Below are positions 1 to 13,890 of a stretch of DNA of 64,000 bases, piece after piece. The DNA is from Mustelus asterias (Eukaryota): NCBI RefSeq assembly GCF_964213995.1, contig NC_135830.1:4960001-5024000 (forward strand), in the 5' to 3' direction. How positions within the stretch are numbered: position 1 is the stretch's first letter; each line of letters starts with the position of its first letter. Both the position numbers and the translations under genes were made by a program. The notes under the pieces were generated by a model. It saw nothing but the letters and a program-made list of their open reading frames with translations, searched no databases and had not been told where the DNA came from.

Positions 1-1140
1 GATTACAAAGTTATTTGCAGGACTCACATGTGTTGTGGGTGAAGGGGAAACCAGAGGATGTATTGTACATAGATTGAAACAGAACCACAGTGATGAGGTT
101 GGTGGTCTTTGAAAATTGAAAGTAACACTTTCAAAGAAGCATAGGAACATAGGAACTGAGAAAAGATGTAGGCAAATTCAGCCCTTTGATTCTGCTCCAC
201 CATTCAATCAGATCCTGGTTGATCTCTCCCTTGTCGGCAATCCACCTCCCCATTTGTTCTCCTTTCATGCGTTTTTCTTTATCAGAAATATATCCGTCCC
301 TTCTTGAAACCATTCAACGAACCAGACTCCACCGCGCAATGGGGCAGCGAGTTCCACCAATTCACCACCCACTGCGAGAAGTAGTTTCCCCTCATCTTAT
401 TTTGAGGATAGTCATCAGAACCTTCTAACAGAGGAAGGGGGAATACTCCACAGGGAGACGGAGAAACCGAGTCTCAGTGTGGGTCTGGTGAATCCATTAC
501 TTTCTTATTCAGTATGGAATTAAGAGGCAGGAAGTGGATGTAGCGCCAGAATGCGAAAGATGCCATCAGACGATTCGAAAGAAGAGCGGGGGAGTTCTCG
601 CCGCTGTCTATAGCAATATTGTTGACTCTTAAATGCCTCTGAAATTACCTAGTTTAGTTAGGGATGGGTAACTTTACAAATGAAGAAAGATTAGAGCAGT
701 TGGGATTGTTTTTTCTTGACGGGAATGTACAGAGCTGACCTGATCGAGGCATTCAAAATCATAAAGTGTTGATGGAGAGGGTCTGTTCACATTGATAGAC
801 GGATTTTGTACCAGAGGGCGCAGATTGAATGTAATTGGCAAAAGAAACATGGAGACACAACGAAAACCGTTTTCATACAGTGACTGAATCAGATCGGGAA
901 TGTGATGTTTGAGAGTATGGTGGAGGCAGGATCAATTGATGCAGGATTATTATCTGAAATGAACAAAAGTGCTGGACTGCGAGGTATAGTGTTATTGGAT
1001 TACTTGCTTCTTTAGAGGGCCAGCACATACACTACGGGCCAAATGGCCTTTTTCTCTGTTATTCTCTAAGTATTCCATGACTTCTGGCAGGGCATGATGT
1101 AGAAATGCCGGTGTTGGACTGGAGTGAACAAGATGAGAAG

Positions 1141-1288
1141 TCACACGACACCAGGTTATAATCCAACAGGTCAACTTGAAATCACAAGCTTTGGGAGCGC
1201 TGCTCTTTCTTCTCCTGACGAACGAGCAGCGCCCCGAAAGCTTGTTATTTCATATCAACCTGTTGGACTATAACCTGGCGTCGTGTGA
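1141..1288. repeat. Palindromic Penelope-like terminal element
   Basis: Long imperfect inverted repeat (TCACACGACACCAGGTTATA...TATAACCTGGCGTCGTGTGA). Related arms recur at about 14800, 32340-32560, 50380, 53490 and 54170. Confidence 0.65.
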
Positions 1289-2409
1289 TCTCTCATGTTG
1301 GCAGGGGAGACAGTGGCATAGTGGTATTATTATTGGGTTGATAATTCCGAGGCCGAGACTATGTTCTCAGGTCGAGTTTCCGTAACGTTGGCCATGAGAC
1401 TATTGTCCTAAAGAACACATCTGCTTTGCAAGTGTCCAGTAATGGTAAATCTTCCACCTTTACTCAGTTTGGCCCATACGTGTCTCCCGGCGCACATAAC
1501 TGCCCTCTGAGTTTGCCTAGAAAGCCAATAAATTCATCCTATTAGAGATTGCCAACAAATGCTGGCCTTGCAAGCGAGGCACACATCCCAGGAAACAAAC
1601 AGCTAAAATTGTCGTTTTCACAACATCGGCAATAGAAAAATGTGTCCACCAGATGGCAGTGAAACCGCGATTGTTGTCACCTTAAGCAAATTATCTCAAT
1701 TATCATTGCAATGGACTCAGTCTCTGCTCATCTTGAACTGGACCCAATCTCTGTTTATATGACACTAAATCATTTTTCTGATTATATGACAACAATTTTC
1801 AGTTGTTTCAGTACTCTGCAAAATCCTAGTAATTACTATACTGAACGAAGCCTCAGCTGATACGCAACAACCGTGAATTATATCTCGGCTAATATTATAA
1901 AACTCCATATCTCAATTTTTACTTCACTAGACCCTTTCTCTCCTGACACTGCAACTGAACATGTTACCGTTTGCTTTAGACGAGACTCGGTCTCAGTTAT
2001 TACATTGCTAGAACCTGTCACGTATGCACTAACATCGAAAATATCTCAATCACTGTTGTACCAGTCCATGTTCCTGTTTATACCGAACAACAACCTGTCT
2101 CTGTTATTATTGTCCTGTGTCATGTTCTTGCACAGTTGCACTTGTCCATGTCAAAACTATTTTAATCTAAGACCTTAGTCTGAAATTACCATATCAGACT
2201 TTGTCTCTATTTATATTGCACAATGCCTGGAATCAGATAAAACTACATTAAGCCCTGTGTCAGTTTTATGATGCTGGATCACATCACCGTCATTATTGGG
2301 CTGGACCACGCCCCTGTTTGTTTTACACATCTCAGTTATTATTGTACTCGGCACTGCCTACATTTAATTCCTCTTGACTATATCTTTGTTGGTATCACAC
2401 TCGCTCATG

Positions 2410-3030
2410 TCTTTGATTTGAATTGATTTGATTTATTATTGTCACATGTATTAACATACGGTGAAAAATATTGTTTCTTGTGCTCTATACAGACTAAAAC
2501 ATTACCTTCATAAAGAAGGAAACGAGTACAGAATGTAGTGTTACAGTCATAGTTAGGGTGTAGAGAAAGGTCAACTTAATGCAAGGTAAGTCCATTCAAA
2601 TGTCTGACAGCAGCAGGGAAGAAGCTGTTGTTGAGTTGGTGCGTGACCACAGACTTTTGTATCTTTTTTCCCGAAGGAAGAAGTTGGGAGGGAGAATGTC
2701 CGGGGTGTGTGGGGTCATTAATTATGCTGGCTGTTTTGCCGAGGCAGCGGGAAGTGTAGACAGAGACAACGGTTGGGAGGCTGGTTTGCGTGATGGATTG
2801 GGCTACATTCGCGATCTTTTGTAGTTGCTTGCGGTATTGGGCAGAGCAGGAGCCATACCAAGCTGTGATACAAACAGAAAGAATGTTTTCCATGTGACAG
2901 TTGTAAAAGCTGCTGAGTGTCATAGCTGACATGCCAAATTTCCTTAGTCTTCTGAGAAAGTAGAGGCGTTGGTGGGCTTTCTTAACTATAATGTCGGCAT
3001 GGGGTAATCAGGACAGGTTGCTGGTGATCC
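2410..3030 (-). mobile_element. Rex1/Babar-type LINE 3' fragment
   Basis: Translation ILSVCITAWYGSCSAQ...DPTHPGH...SFFPAAVR with an AATCAAATC-type tail. Same family as 45590-47818. Confidence 0.75.
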
Positions 3031-3079
3031 ATCTGGCAGTGTAATAACTGAGACAGAATCTCGCCTGATGCAAACAGTA

Positions 3080-4372
3080 ACATGTTATAAATTGTCCCAT
3101 TGGTAAGGTGCAGCATGGGTTCATGAAGGGCAGGTCATGTTTGACTAATTTGGTGGAATTCTTTGAGAACATTACATGTGCAGTGGACAAGGGGAACCTG
3201 TGGATGTGGTGTATCTGGATTTCCAGAAGGCATTGAGGAGATGCCGCCCCAAAGACTGCTACATAAGATAAAGGTGCACGGTGTTACGGGTAATGTATTA
3301 GCATGGATAGATGATTGGTTAACTAACAAAAAGCAAAGGGTGGGGGTAAATGGGTGTTTTTCTGGTTGGCGATCAGTGACTAGTGGTGTGCCTCAGGGAT
3401 CAGTGTTGGGACTGCAATTGTTTATGATTTACATCGATGATTTGAAGTTGGGGACCAAGTGTAGTGTGTCAAAATTCGCAGATGACACTAAGATGGGTGG
3501 AAGAGCAAAGTGTAGAGGACGCTGAAAGTGTAAATGAGTAGGCGAGCGTCTGGCAGATGGAGTACAATGTTGGTAAATGTGAGGTCGTCCATTTTGATAG
3601 GAATAACAGCAAAATGGACTAGCATTTAAATGGTAAAAAATTGCAACATGCTGCTGTGCAGAGGGACCTGGGTGTCTCAAGGAGTTGGTTTGCAGATGCA
3701 GCAGGTAATTAAGACGGCAAATTGAATTTGCTAGAGGGATGGGGTTTAAAAACAGCGAGGTTATGTTGTAGCTGTGTAAGGTGCTGGTGAGGCCACACTT
3801 GGTGTACTGTGTACAGTTTTGGTCTCCTTACTTGAGAAAGGATATACTGGCACTGGAGGGAGTGAAGAGGAAATTCACTGGTTTGATTCCGGAGTTGAGA
3901 GGGTTGGCTTATGAGGAGAGACTGAATAGACTGGGGCTATACTCATTGGAATTCAGAAGAATGAGGGAAGATCTCATAGAAGCATATAAGATTATGAAGG
4001 GAACAGATAAGATAGAAGCAGGGAAGTTGCTTCCACTGGCGGGTGAAACTAGAACTCGGAGGCGTAGCCTCAAAATAAGGGGAAGCAGATTTAGGACTGA
4101 GTTGAAGAGAAACTTCTTGACACAAAGTGTTGTGAATCTGTGGAACTGCCCGCCCAGTGAAGCAGTTGAGGCTACCTCATTGAATGTTTTTAACGCAAGG
4201 ATAGATAAAGTTTTGATCAGTAAAGGAATTAAGGGTTATGGTGAGCGGGCGGGTAAGTGGAACTGAGCCCACAAAAACATCAGCCATGATCATATTGATT
4301 GGCGGAGCAGGTTGGATGGCGCCAGATAGCCTCCTCCTGCTCCTCGTTCGTGTGTTCTTATGTTTTTTATGT
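3080..4372 (+). mobile_element. 5'-truncated CR1 LINE (decayed RT)
   Basis: [17 protein letters not shown] and LVRPHLxYCVQFWSP motifs, with a TTCTTATG-like tail. Confidence 0.9.
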
Positions 4373-6224
4373 GCAGTTGCAATATCAGGAGAGACAGGGT
4401 CTTGTGAAGTGACAATTGAGATATGGAGTTTTACAATCGCCAACATTTCTCCAACCACCTGTCCTTGTCCATGTCTCTGTTTATATTACTTTGGTGCATA
4501 TCTCAGTTTATATTATACTAGAGCCTGTCTCAGTTGATATTATAGTGGCCATTATCTCTGTTTATATTACAAAACAATGCACGCTATTATTACGCTCGAC
4601 CCTCTTTCGGCAATTACTGAACTGGACCCAATCTCCCTTCATTTTATTACAGGTGCGGTATCAATAACTGCTGCACGCAGTCCTTTCTCTGTATTATTGC
4701 ACAAAAGCCTGTCCTTCGTTGATATTAAAACTGACTATGATCACTGTATTAGCCATGCTAAATTGCCCCTTACAGTCGAAAGATGTGCAGGTTATTTGTA
4801 TCGACCATTTTAAATGCACGGGGTTTAAGGGATCGGACAGAGAGGAGGGCCTAAGTGGAATGCAGACGCAGTGGGCCAGATGGCCTCTTTCAGCACTTTA
4901 GGGTTCTATGGATCTATGTCCGTGAAATATCACATCAGTTCTCGCCGTAGATATTTGAGAGCTTACTTATTTGAACTATTCTCTTTTCTAATGACCCACT
5001 TTGGAAAAAATGATAAAAAAAACAAATTACTGCTGTGCTGGAATCTGAAACAAAAACAGAAAATGCTGGAAAATCTCAGCAGGTCTGGAGAAATTATTTT
5101 TTCTTTTAGCAATTTCTACTCAATTGTCACAGTGATAACCTTCAAATAATTTCGACCCTCTGTGATTGTATGAAAATGCCAATCAGTTCATGTATTTCAA
5201 TTGAAGATTATTTAACGCTGTAACTATTTACCGATAACCATTCTGTGGTGCACCCTTGTTTATAAAGTGATTTCAGATTGTCTATTTCGTTCTCAGTGTT
5301 GACATATCTGTCTTTAGCGATCAGTTGTAAAATGGATTAAATCACATTTATATTGCACCATGCCTGGAATCAGATAAAACTACATTAAGCCCTGTGACAG
5401 TTTTATGATGCTGCATGCCATCACCGTCACTATTGGGCTGGACCATGCCCCTGTTTGTTTTACACATTATCTCAATTATTATTGTACTCGGCACTGCCTA
5501 CATTTAATTCCTCTTGACTATGTCTTTGTTGATATCACACTAGCTCATGTCTTTGATTTGCTTTGATTTATTATTGTCACATTAACAGACAGTGAAAAGT
5601 ATTGTTTCTTGCACGCTATACAGACAGATAATGACGAGCAGATTACTGACAAATGATCATCTAGGCGTTTCACTTACACTTCTGAAATAACACTCAAATG
5701 TGTGCTGATTTGTGAAAATTATGGCAAAAATGAACCTGGGCCTATAACTGACAGGAGATAAATACACCTGTAATTCGCAGACTTCATATCCCTATTGATG
5801 AAAAGGATTGAAACATCTGCTGCTTTCCAGAGAATGTTCAATATTTCTGTTTAAGAAGTTAATGTTAAAGTTCATTGATTCGTCACAAGTCAGGCTCACA
5901 TTAACACTGCAATGAAGTTGCTGTGAAATTCCCCTGTTCGCTTCAATGCACGTAACCAGCACGTCTTTCAAACTGTGGGAGGAAACCCACGCAGACACGG
6001 GAGATACTTAACCGTTACCTTCACCAATTGCATGATCATCACCCTTAATATATTGGACTGATTCGACGCCCTGTGGATTGTACAGTCGAGAAAATCTAAT
6101 ATGAAATGAGTCAAGATCAGGTGCATCATAAAGAGAGACCAGGCCTTCTGTAATATACACAGCGGTCGGGGCTGGTGAACATGCACTGCAACGGTTTAAG
6201 ACGGCAACTCGTCACTCATCACAA

Positions 6225-6560
6225 GGGCGGCACGGTAGCACAGTGGTTAGCATTGCTGCTTCACAGCTCCAGGGACCTGGGTTCGATTCCCGGCTTGGGC
6301 CTCTGTCTGTGTGGAGTTTGCACATTCTACTCGTGTCTGTGTGGGTTTCCTCCGGGTGCTCCGGTTTCCTCCCACAGTCCAAAGATGTGCGGGTTAGGTT
6401 GATTGGCCATGCTAAAATTGTCCCTTAGTGTCCTGAGATGCGTAGGTTAGAGGGATTAGCAGGTAAATATGTAGTGGTATGGGAGTCGTGCCTGGGTGGG
6501 ATTGTGGTCGGTGCAGACTCGATGTGCCAAATGGCCTCTTTCTGCACTGTAGGGTTTTTA
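6225..6560 (+). mobile_element. HE1-like tRNA-derived V-SINE
   Basis: tRNA-like head with A/B boxes (GGTTCGATTCC) and the V-domain GTGGGTTTCCTCCGGGTGCTCCGGTTTCCTCCCAC. Other copies at about 35682-36060 (+) and 41130-41450 (-). Confidence 0.8.
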
Positions 6561-9262
6561 TGACTTCAGTGACCACTTTCTCTGGGGAAATTAGAGATGA
6601 GCAACGATGCTGACCATTCCCAGCACCGCCCGCAACCCATAAATGATGAATATAGACAGATATGCCAGCGCAATGATACAATAAACTGCCCGTGAGAGTA
6701 ACATAAACAAATATTGGAACAAGAAATACCTGCTCTAACATTAGAATAAACAGTAAAGTTATTTGTGTGATCGTTCCAGAAAAAAAAACATTTTGTCTAA
6801 TTGTAACTGGGAGGAGTCAAATATACCAAACCAGAGATAGATCCTTATTCAGAACTGAATAGGTAACGTTTTGAACAATAATCGTAAAGAATTAGAGTAT
6901 TGGAATTTGAATTACCCGTTTAGCAGAAACTGCGGGCTTGTGGAAATACTGGTGCTTAACATAAGAAAGCAATGATTCTTAGAGCCTTATCGCAGGTTTC
7001 TGAGTCATTGTGAGTGACCCAGGAATTTGTGTGGCAAACACGGAGTGGAAACACGATTTAAAAAACGCAGAAATGACTGACTCCGCCTGACAAACGACTG
7101 ATATTCTCAAGGGGAGGACAATCATGGCAGACTCTAGACATTTTTGATATTTGAGGTGAAAACGGTGAATCTGTCAGAGAAACAGAAAATCATATGTTCT
7201 CTCTCATTCTTACCATAGTTCGCTACTTACACAGACAGATCAATGTCAGAACCAGCAGCTTGTACAAGCGAGGGTTTAAATATTCAGCTGAGGACATTTG
7301 ATGACTCAGAAGTTAAAACATCAAAACCTTATGGGAGCAAAAAATAGTGCAACAAAAATTTAAGGTAATTCTGCTTTTCCGAAACAAGTTCAATCTCGTG
7401 TTACTCTGCTCAAAGCGATGGATTGTAAATAGTAATCAATTTCTGAATGGTCCCTGGCAATTATCCGCACACACACTCAAGTTCCGTCGAAAGACAGGAT
7501 TAGCACAATACGTCAGCTGTATAAATATACGATTTTATTTAGTCTCAATAAAGAGCAGGGATAGATAGAGAAAGGATGTTAAAACAATAAAAGGTAGCAA
7601 GCTATCATTTCCCGGCTTCAGAGAACAGAGGGAGCTCAGTGACTGATCCACTGAACATCCGGTTACGTCCTGGAATGGAAGCTCTGAAAAGATCACAACA
7701 GGCTTATTTGTGAATGTCACTACAATGTGATCTGTGTGACTCTGCCCTGACTCTGTAGACAGATATAGGCCGCATTGACAGATGTTGTCACCAGATTGTG
7801 GTCCCTGGATTTATTTTCTGCTCAGACGTGAGATGTGCGGTTTGGAACCGGCAGCATAGAGACAGGAAGTTGTATTACCTGAGAATAGAACAGGCGGCGT
7901 CAGTTTGATGTTATCACCGTGAACAGTCTTCTGGCCTGTGAGGGTGACTTCGCTCTGACAGCATCAAAAGCAACCACAAATATTGCTGCCAGTCTCAGCA
8001 TGACATTCACCTCCATTCCCAGTTTAAACAAAAACAGAAATAACAATATTTGGGTGTTAACGCATCAACTGAAAGGACATAATGATTGGGAGAAAAGAGG
8101 GCAAATTCAACCAACGATTTGGCCCACAGAGGTATTCTAAAATAGAAAGTTTTAAGTGTGTTTGGTGTTTTATGAGAGAAAGCGAGGCGACAGATTAAGG
8201 ATGTGAAGTAATCTGTTTCTAGCACTGAATTTTCCTCTGATGAGATTTTTGTGATTTATCTTTTCAGGCACAAAGTCTCTTTAGTTGCCTCCCGCAGCCC
8301 AAAGAGGTGCAGCTTAAGTGGATTGGTCATGCTAAATTGCCCCTCAGTGTCTATTTGCAGTGCAACTTTGCACGTTTGTTTTTGTTCCTCAATTTCTTTT
8401 GAATAAGAGAATATTACGGGAATCACCCGTCTTTCAACAAAATATTACGCACAATACGAGAACAATTAGATATTTTACACAGCACCTCACAACTCGACGC
8501 ATATTCCTCCAACCAAAAATAATTGTCCCTTTCACCCACAGACCCATTTTTTAAAGGTAATATCCATCTATTCACCGAGCTCGCTCTGTCTCTCTATCAG
8601 GGGCTTTTTATAGTAAAGTAAGAACTGACACTGTCTGATTCATTATCGGAGGAGTGAACCTGAGGAATGCTCCAGAATAGAAGGCTATTGATGTCAATTG
8701 ACTGAATATAAACAAGAAAGAGATAGTCTGTTTGGATTTTAATGTTATGATGGGCTGTGGGCAGAAATCAGGAATGTGGCCTTGAGATAGAGGATGAGCC
8801 ATGATCATGTTGAATGGAGGCGCTGGCTCGAAGGACCCAGTGGCCCACTCCTGTTCACATTTTATAAGTTCCTATGTTTACCCTGTCTGTCCCACATGTC
8901 TCTCCAGTTCCACAGTTCCTCTGAAATAGTAGAAAGAGCCATTCAGCTATATCAAGCCTGCTGTAGAAAGTCAAACAATAATAAAACCGACTAGAGGGCA
9001 GGTTTTCATAAAGGTGGTTCACAACCACCTTCTCAAGACGGGCTTTTAATGCTGACTTTGTCAGTGATGTCGAGATCCAGGGAATGAGCAAAACAGTGCA
9101 AAGTACTACAGATTTCACAAAACTAAAAAACAACAAAAATGCAACTCAGCAGGTCAGTCGGCATTTGCAGAGAGAGAGAAGCAGATTCACATTTCGGGTT
9201 GATGACCGGGTACACAGTCTCACTGATATAATTCTAAAAAGCAGGACAAATTTGTTTGACAC

Positions 9263-11370
9263 TAGTTTAAACTAGTATGGCAGGGGGGTGAGGATCAAAA
9301 TATTAGGTCTACAGGTGTGGAGGCTGGGGACGAGCTTGGGGCTGGGACAAGGCTGGCAAAGAAGAAGAGCACTCTGGGGGAGGACGACCTCACTGGGCCT
9401 GGAGGTCTGGAGTGCTTATACTTCAATGCAAGGAGCGTAGCAGGTAAGACAGACGAACTTGGGGCCTTAATGCGCACGAGGAATTTGGATGTGGTTGCGG
9501 TGACAGAGACTTGGTTGAAAGAGGGACAGGACTGGCAGCTGAATATTCCGGGGTACAAGTGTTTTAGGCGAGACAGAGGAGGGGCCAAAAGAGGAGGGGG
9601 AGTAGCGGTATTAGTTGGAGAGCATATTACAGCGGTGCAGAGGGAGGACAATTCAGAGGGGTCGTGTAACGAGTCACTCTGGGTGGAGCTTAGAAACAGG
9701 AAAGGCGCAGCCACTATGTTGGGGGTGTACTACAGGCCCCCCAACAGCCCAAGGGAAGTGGAAGAATGGATATGTCAGGAGATACTGGATAGGTGCAGGA
9801 AAAATAGGGTTGTTGTAGTGGGAGACTTCAATTTCCCTGGTGTAGACTGGAAATCGCTGAGGGCAGGGACTCTGGATGGGGAGGAATTTGTAAAATGTGT
9901 ACAGGAGGGTTCGTTGGAACAATATGTAGACAGTCCGACTAGAGAGGGGGCTATACTGGACCTGGTACTGGGGAATGAGCCCGGTCAGGTCTTCAAAGTT
10001 TCGGTAGGGGAACATGTGGCAAATAGTGACCACAATTCTTTAGGATAGTGATGGAAAAGGATGAGTGGTGTCCCAAGGGTAAGGTGTTGGATTGGGGGAA
10101 GGCTAACTTTAGTGGGATCAGGCAGAAATTGGCAGTTCTTGATTGGGAGAGGCTGTTTGAGGGAAAATCCACATCTGGTATGTGGCAGTCTTTTAAGGAA
10201 CGGTTGTTAGGGCTACAGGACAAGCATGTGCCTGTAAAAAAGAAGGATAGGAAGGGTAGGATTAGAGAACCGTGGATAACCAGGGAAATTGAGGGACTGG
10301 TCAAAAAGAAAAGAGAGGCGTATGTTAGGTCCAAGCAGCTAAAAACGGAGGGAGCTCTGGAGGAGTACAAAGAAAGTAGGAAAGGACTCAAACGGGGAAA
10401 TAGAAGAGCAAAAAGGGGTCACGAAATGTTCTTGGCAGACAGGATTAAGGAGAATCCCAAGGCATTTTATTCATACGTTAGGAACAAAAGGGTTGTTAGG
10501 GAAAAAATCGGACCTCTCAGGGACAAAAGTGGGGCCTTATGCTTGGAGCCCAAAGAAGTAGGGGAGATCCTAAATGAATACTTTGCGTCGGTATTCACAA
10601 AGGAGAGGGATGTGTTGACTGGGAGTGTCTCGGAGGGGAGTGTTGAACCGTTGGAGAAAATCTCCATTACAAAGGAGGAAGTGTTCGGTTTGTTAGAGAA
10701 TATAAAGACTGACAAATCCCCAGGGCCTGATGGAATCTATCCAAGGCTGCTCAGGGAGACGAGAGGTGAAATTGTTGGGCCTCTGACGCAAATCTTTGTC
10801 TCGTCTCTGGACGCAGGTGATGTCCCAGAGGATTGGAGGATAGCTAATGTGGTCCCGTTATTTAAGAAGGGTTGGAAGGATAACCCGGGTAATTATATGC
10901 CGGTGAGCTTGACGTCCGTGGTGGGGAAGTTGTTGGAGAAAATTCTTAGAGATAGGATGTATGCGCATTTAGAAAGGAATAAACTCATTAACGATAGTCA
11001 GCATGGTTTTGTGAGAGGGAGGTCATGCCTCACTAACCTGGTGGTGTTTTTTGAAGAAGTGACCAGAATGGTTGACGAAGGAAGGGCCGTGGATGTTGTC
11101 TATATGGACTTTAGTAAAGCGTTTGACAAAGTCCCTCATGGTAGGCTAGTGAAAAAGGTTGGATCTCATGGGATAAAGGGGGAGGTGGCTAGATGGGTGG
11201 AGAACTGGCTTGGTCATAGAAGACAGAGGGTGGTAGTGGAAGGGTCTTTTTCCGGCTGGAGGCCTGTGACTAGTGGTGTTCCGCAGGGCTCTGTATTGGG
11301 ACCTCTGCTGTTTGTGATTTATATAAATGATCTGGAAGAAGGAGTAACTGGGGTGATCAGTAAGTTTGCG
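9263..11370 (+). mobile_element. CR1 LINE, ORF1 end plus ORF2 endonuclease/RT (frameshifted, broken at KFA)
   Basis: APE motifs (LYFNARS, VTETWL, GDFN, SDHN) in ORF 9317-10048. RT motifs in ORF 10048-11415. Confidence 0.92.
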
Positions 11371-11860
11371 GTCGATCATCTTGCTGGTGCCAGTACAGAG
11401 CGAGACTGCGGATAGTTGGGAACCTGTCTCGGGGGCAGGGAATTCAGATGGTGTTCGTAAAGCAGAAGTGGAAATGAATCGGGTTGGGAAGCATTTTCCG
11501 ATCAGGGCCAGTGTGATCTCCTGGACTCGTTTCGATCGCCTCAGGGGTTCGGAGAGGAATTTCCCAGATTTGTTTTTCCCCATATTGGCCCTGGGGTTTT
11601 CACTCTGGGTTGTCGCCTCTCCCTGGAGATCACATGGTCTGGAATGAGGGGGTGGGGGTGAGTTAATAGGTTGTGATGAACAAAGCATCGTAGCTGTGAG
11701 GGACAGCTCGGTGGATAGGATATTAGGATGTAGATAGGCTGGAAAATTGGGCGGGGATCCTGGATTCAGGATTCAATCCTGGACCGGGGAGCGGCGCGGG
11801 CTTGGAGGGCCGAAGGGCCTGTTCCTGTGCTGTATTGTTCTTTGTTCTTTGTTCTTGTTC
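11371..11860 (+). mobile_element. CR1-type 3'-UTR or non-autonomous retroposon with (TTGTTCT)n tail
   Basis: Ends in GGGCCGAAGGGCCTGTTCCTGTGCTGTATTGTTCTTTGTTCT, the same tail as at 15865-15906. Confidence 0.6.
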
Positions 11861-13269
11861 TATTTCCCCAGTATCCTGAACCAATATTCATTCTTCAACA
11901 AAAATTACAAATTCACTGGTCATTTATCACATCTCGGACTGTGGGAGCTTGCTATATACAAATTAAGTGCTGAATTTTCAAAATTACAGTCGTGGGTAAA
12001 TTCAGCATAAGTACATCGGTGTGCCTTAAGTGCTTTGGGCCGATTTGAGTTCGGGAAAACAAGTTTTATATATGCAAGCTATTTTCAAATGTTAACATTT
12101 AAAAATGCAAGTTTGAAGTATTGAAACCTCTGAGTTTAATGCACTTATTGTCACGCATTTTCTTCATATTTTAATTTACTTCGTTTGAGTAAATAAAATC
12201 GTCAATTAAATTGAAATCTAGTGGGATACCAGATCGTTCAAAAATGCTTTATTGATTGTGACATCAGAGCATTCACAGCTAATTCTTAATTGGAATGCAG
12301 TTTTATTTGAATTAAACAGCATCTGGTGTAATGGATCTTCAAGAAGTTTCCATTCATTTTGAACCAACTGCTAATCTTCTTAAAATAAACTGCTATTTTG
12401 AGTTGCAAATGATCAATAAGTGACTGCTTATCTGATTTTGCTGCCATGTGAGGTTTTTTTGTAAATAAACACAGAAATAGAAATCCCCGATTAGAATGTG
12501 GGGTGACAAAAACACAACAAAAGGTTCGCCACTAAAACGGCACAGAAATAGAGACAAACAATTAAACGAGAAAAACGTCATTATTAGATCTATGTTTAGA
12601 ATTAGGGAAGATTCTATCTAATCTAGAAGTATAATGACAATTATATTTTGTTTGTGGAGATTTTCTGTGTTTCACCTCTGTGCCTTTCTCCTGTCTGAAA
12701 GCTCTGATGACACATTCAATAAAGCATCTTTGAACAGCCTGGTATCCCACTGGATGTCAACTTAATTGACGATTTTATCGACGTAAATGAAGCAAATTAA
12801 AACACGAGGCAGAGGAGTGACTATAATTGCATTAAGTTCAGAGCTTTCAAAATATCATTTTCAAGTGTTAACATTTGGAAACAAATCAATCAACGGATTC
12901 CAGAAGTGATTGTCTTTGGACATTGTTTTCTTCATCAGTTATATGAGAAAAACACAACAAAAATTTCGCCACCAAAATGGCACAGAAATAGAGAGAAACA
13001 ATTAAACGAGAAAAACGTCATTATTATATCTATGTTCAGAATTAGGGAAGATTCCCTCTAATCTAGAAATATAATGACACAGCAATTTTGTTTGTCGAGA
13101 TTTCCTGTGTTTCATCTCTCTCTCTGTCTTTCTCCTGTCTGGTTCTGTGTCTTGTGTCTCCATGATCGGTCATTATCTTCACTCTACAATATAAAGTCAA
13201 TGTCTACCCAATGTATTCTTTCACCTGAGTCATCGGCCTCCAAAAAGATGTAATTTAGTGATTTGGAAC

Positions 13270-13890
13270 CCATAGAGGGAGCTTTCTTCTCAATGATCTC
13301 TTGAGCATTCAATGACCTTGGAGTGTTTGATAAGACGGTAGCTGACATTTCCATTTGTATCTCATCTGGGCAGTAAATAATGATGATGACGTTATGTGGC
13401 AGTACCGAAGGAACTTACCCTGTATCTAAACCGTGCCGTCGCAACCCTTGGAGTAATTGATCGGGCAGTGTAGGGGAATGTTTACTTTCCATCTAACCTT
13501 CCCTGCAGCTTCTCTGCGAATATTTGATATAATTGTGTAACGGGAGATTTAATCTGTATTTAATCACTGTTGTACCTGATCTGCGTTTGTATAGTGGGAT
13601 AGTGTAGAGGGGGCATTACGCTGTACCTACCATCAGTGCAAACCTGCCTTGAAACTCTCTGAAGGAAGAGTGCAAAGGACGTTTACCTCGTCTAGAGCTC
13701 CTGGTCTGCATACCTTCACTATGTTTGAGTTTCTTACCAGTCCACGTGCTCCAGATCTGTTTGATGGGACAGTGTAGAGTGAGCTTCATTTTGTGTATAA
13801 CCAGTGCTGCACCTGCCCTGGGAGTGTTTAATGTGGCAATGTAGAGGGAGCCTTACATTCTTTACCTAACATCTTGGAACTGTTTGATCA
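13270..13890. repeat. Degenerate ~65-bp tandem satellite
   Basis: Recurrent GGGACAGTGTAGAGGGAGCTTTAC...TGTATCTAACC...CCCTGGGAGTGTTTGAT units. Confidence 0.7.
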
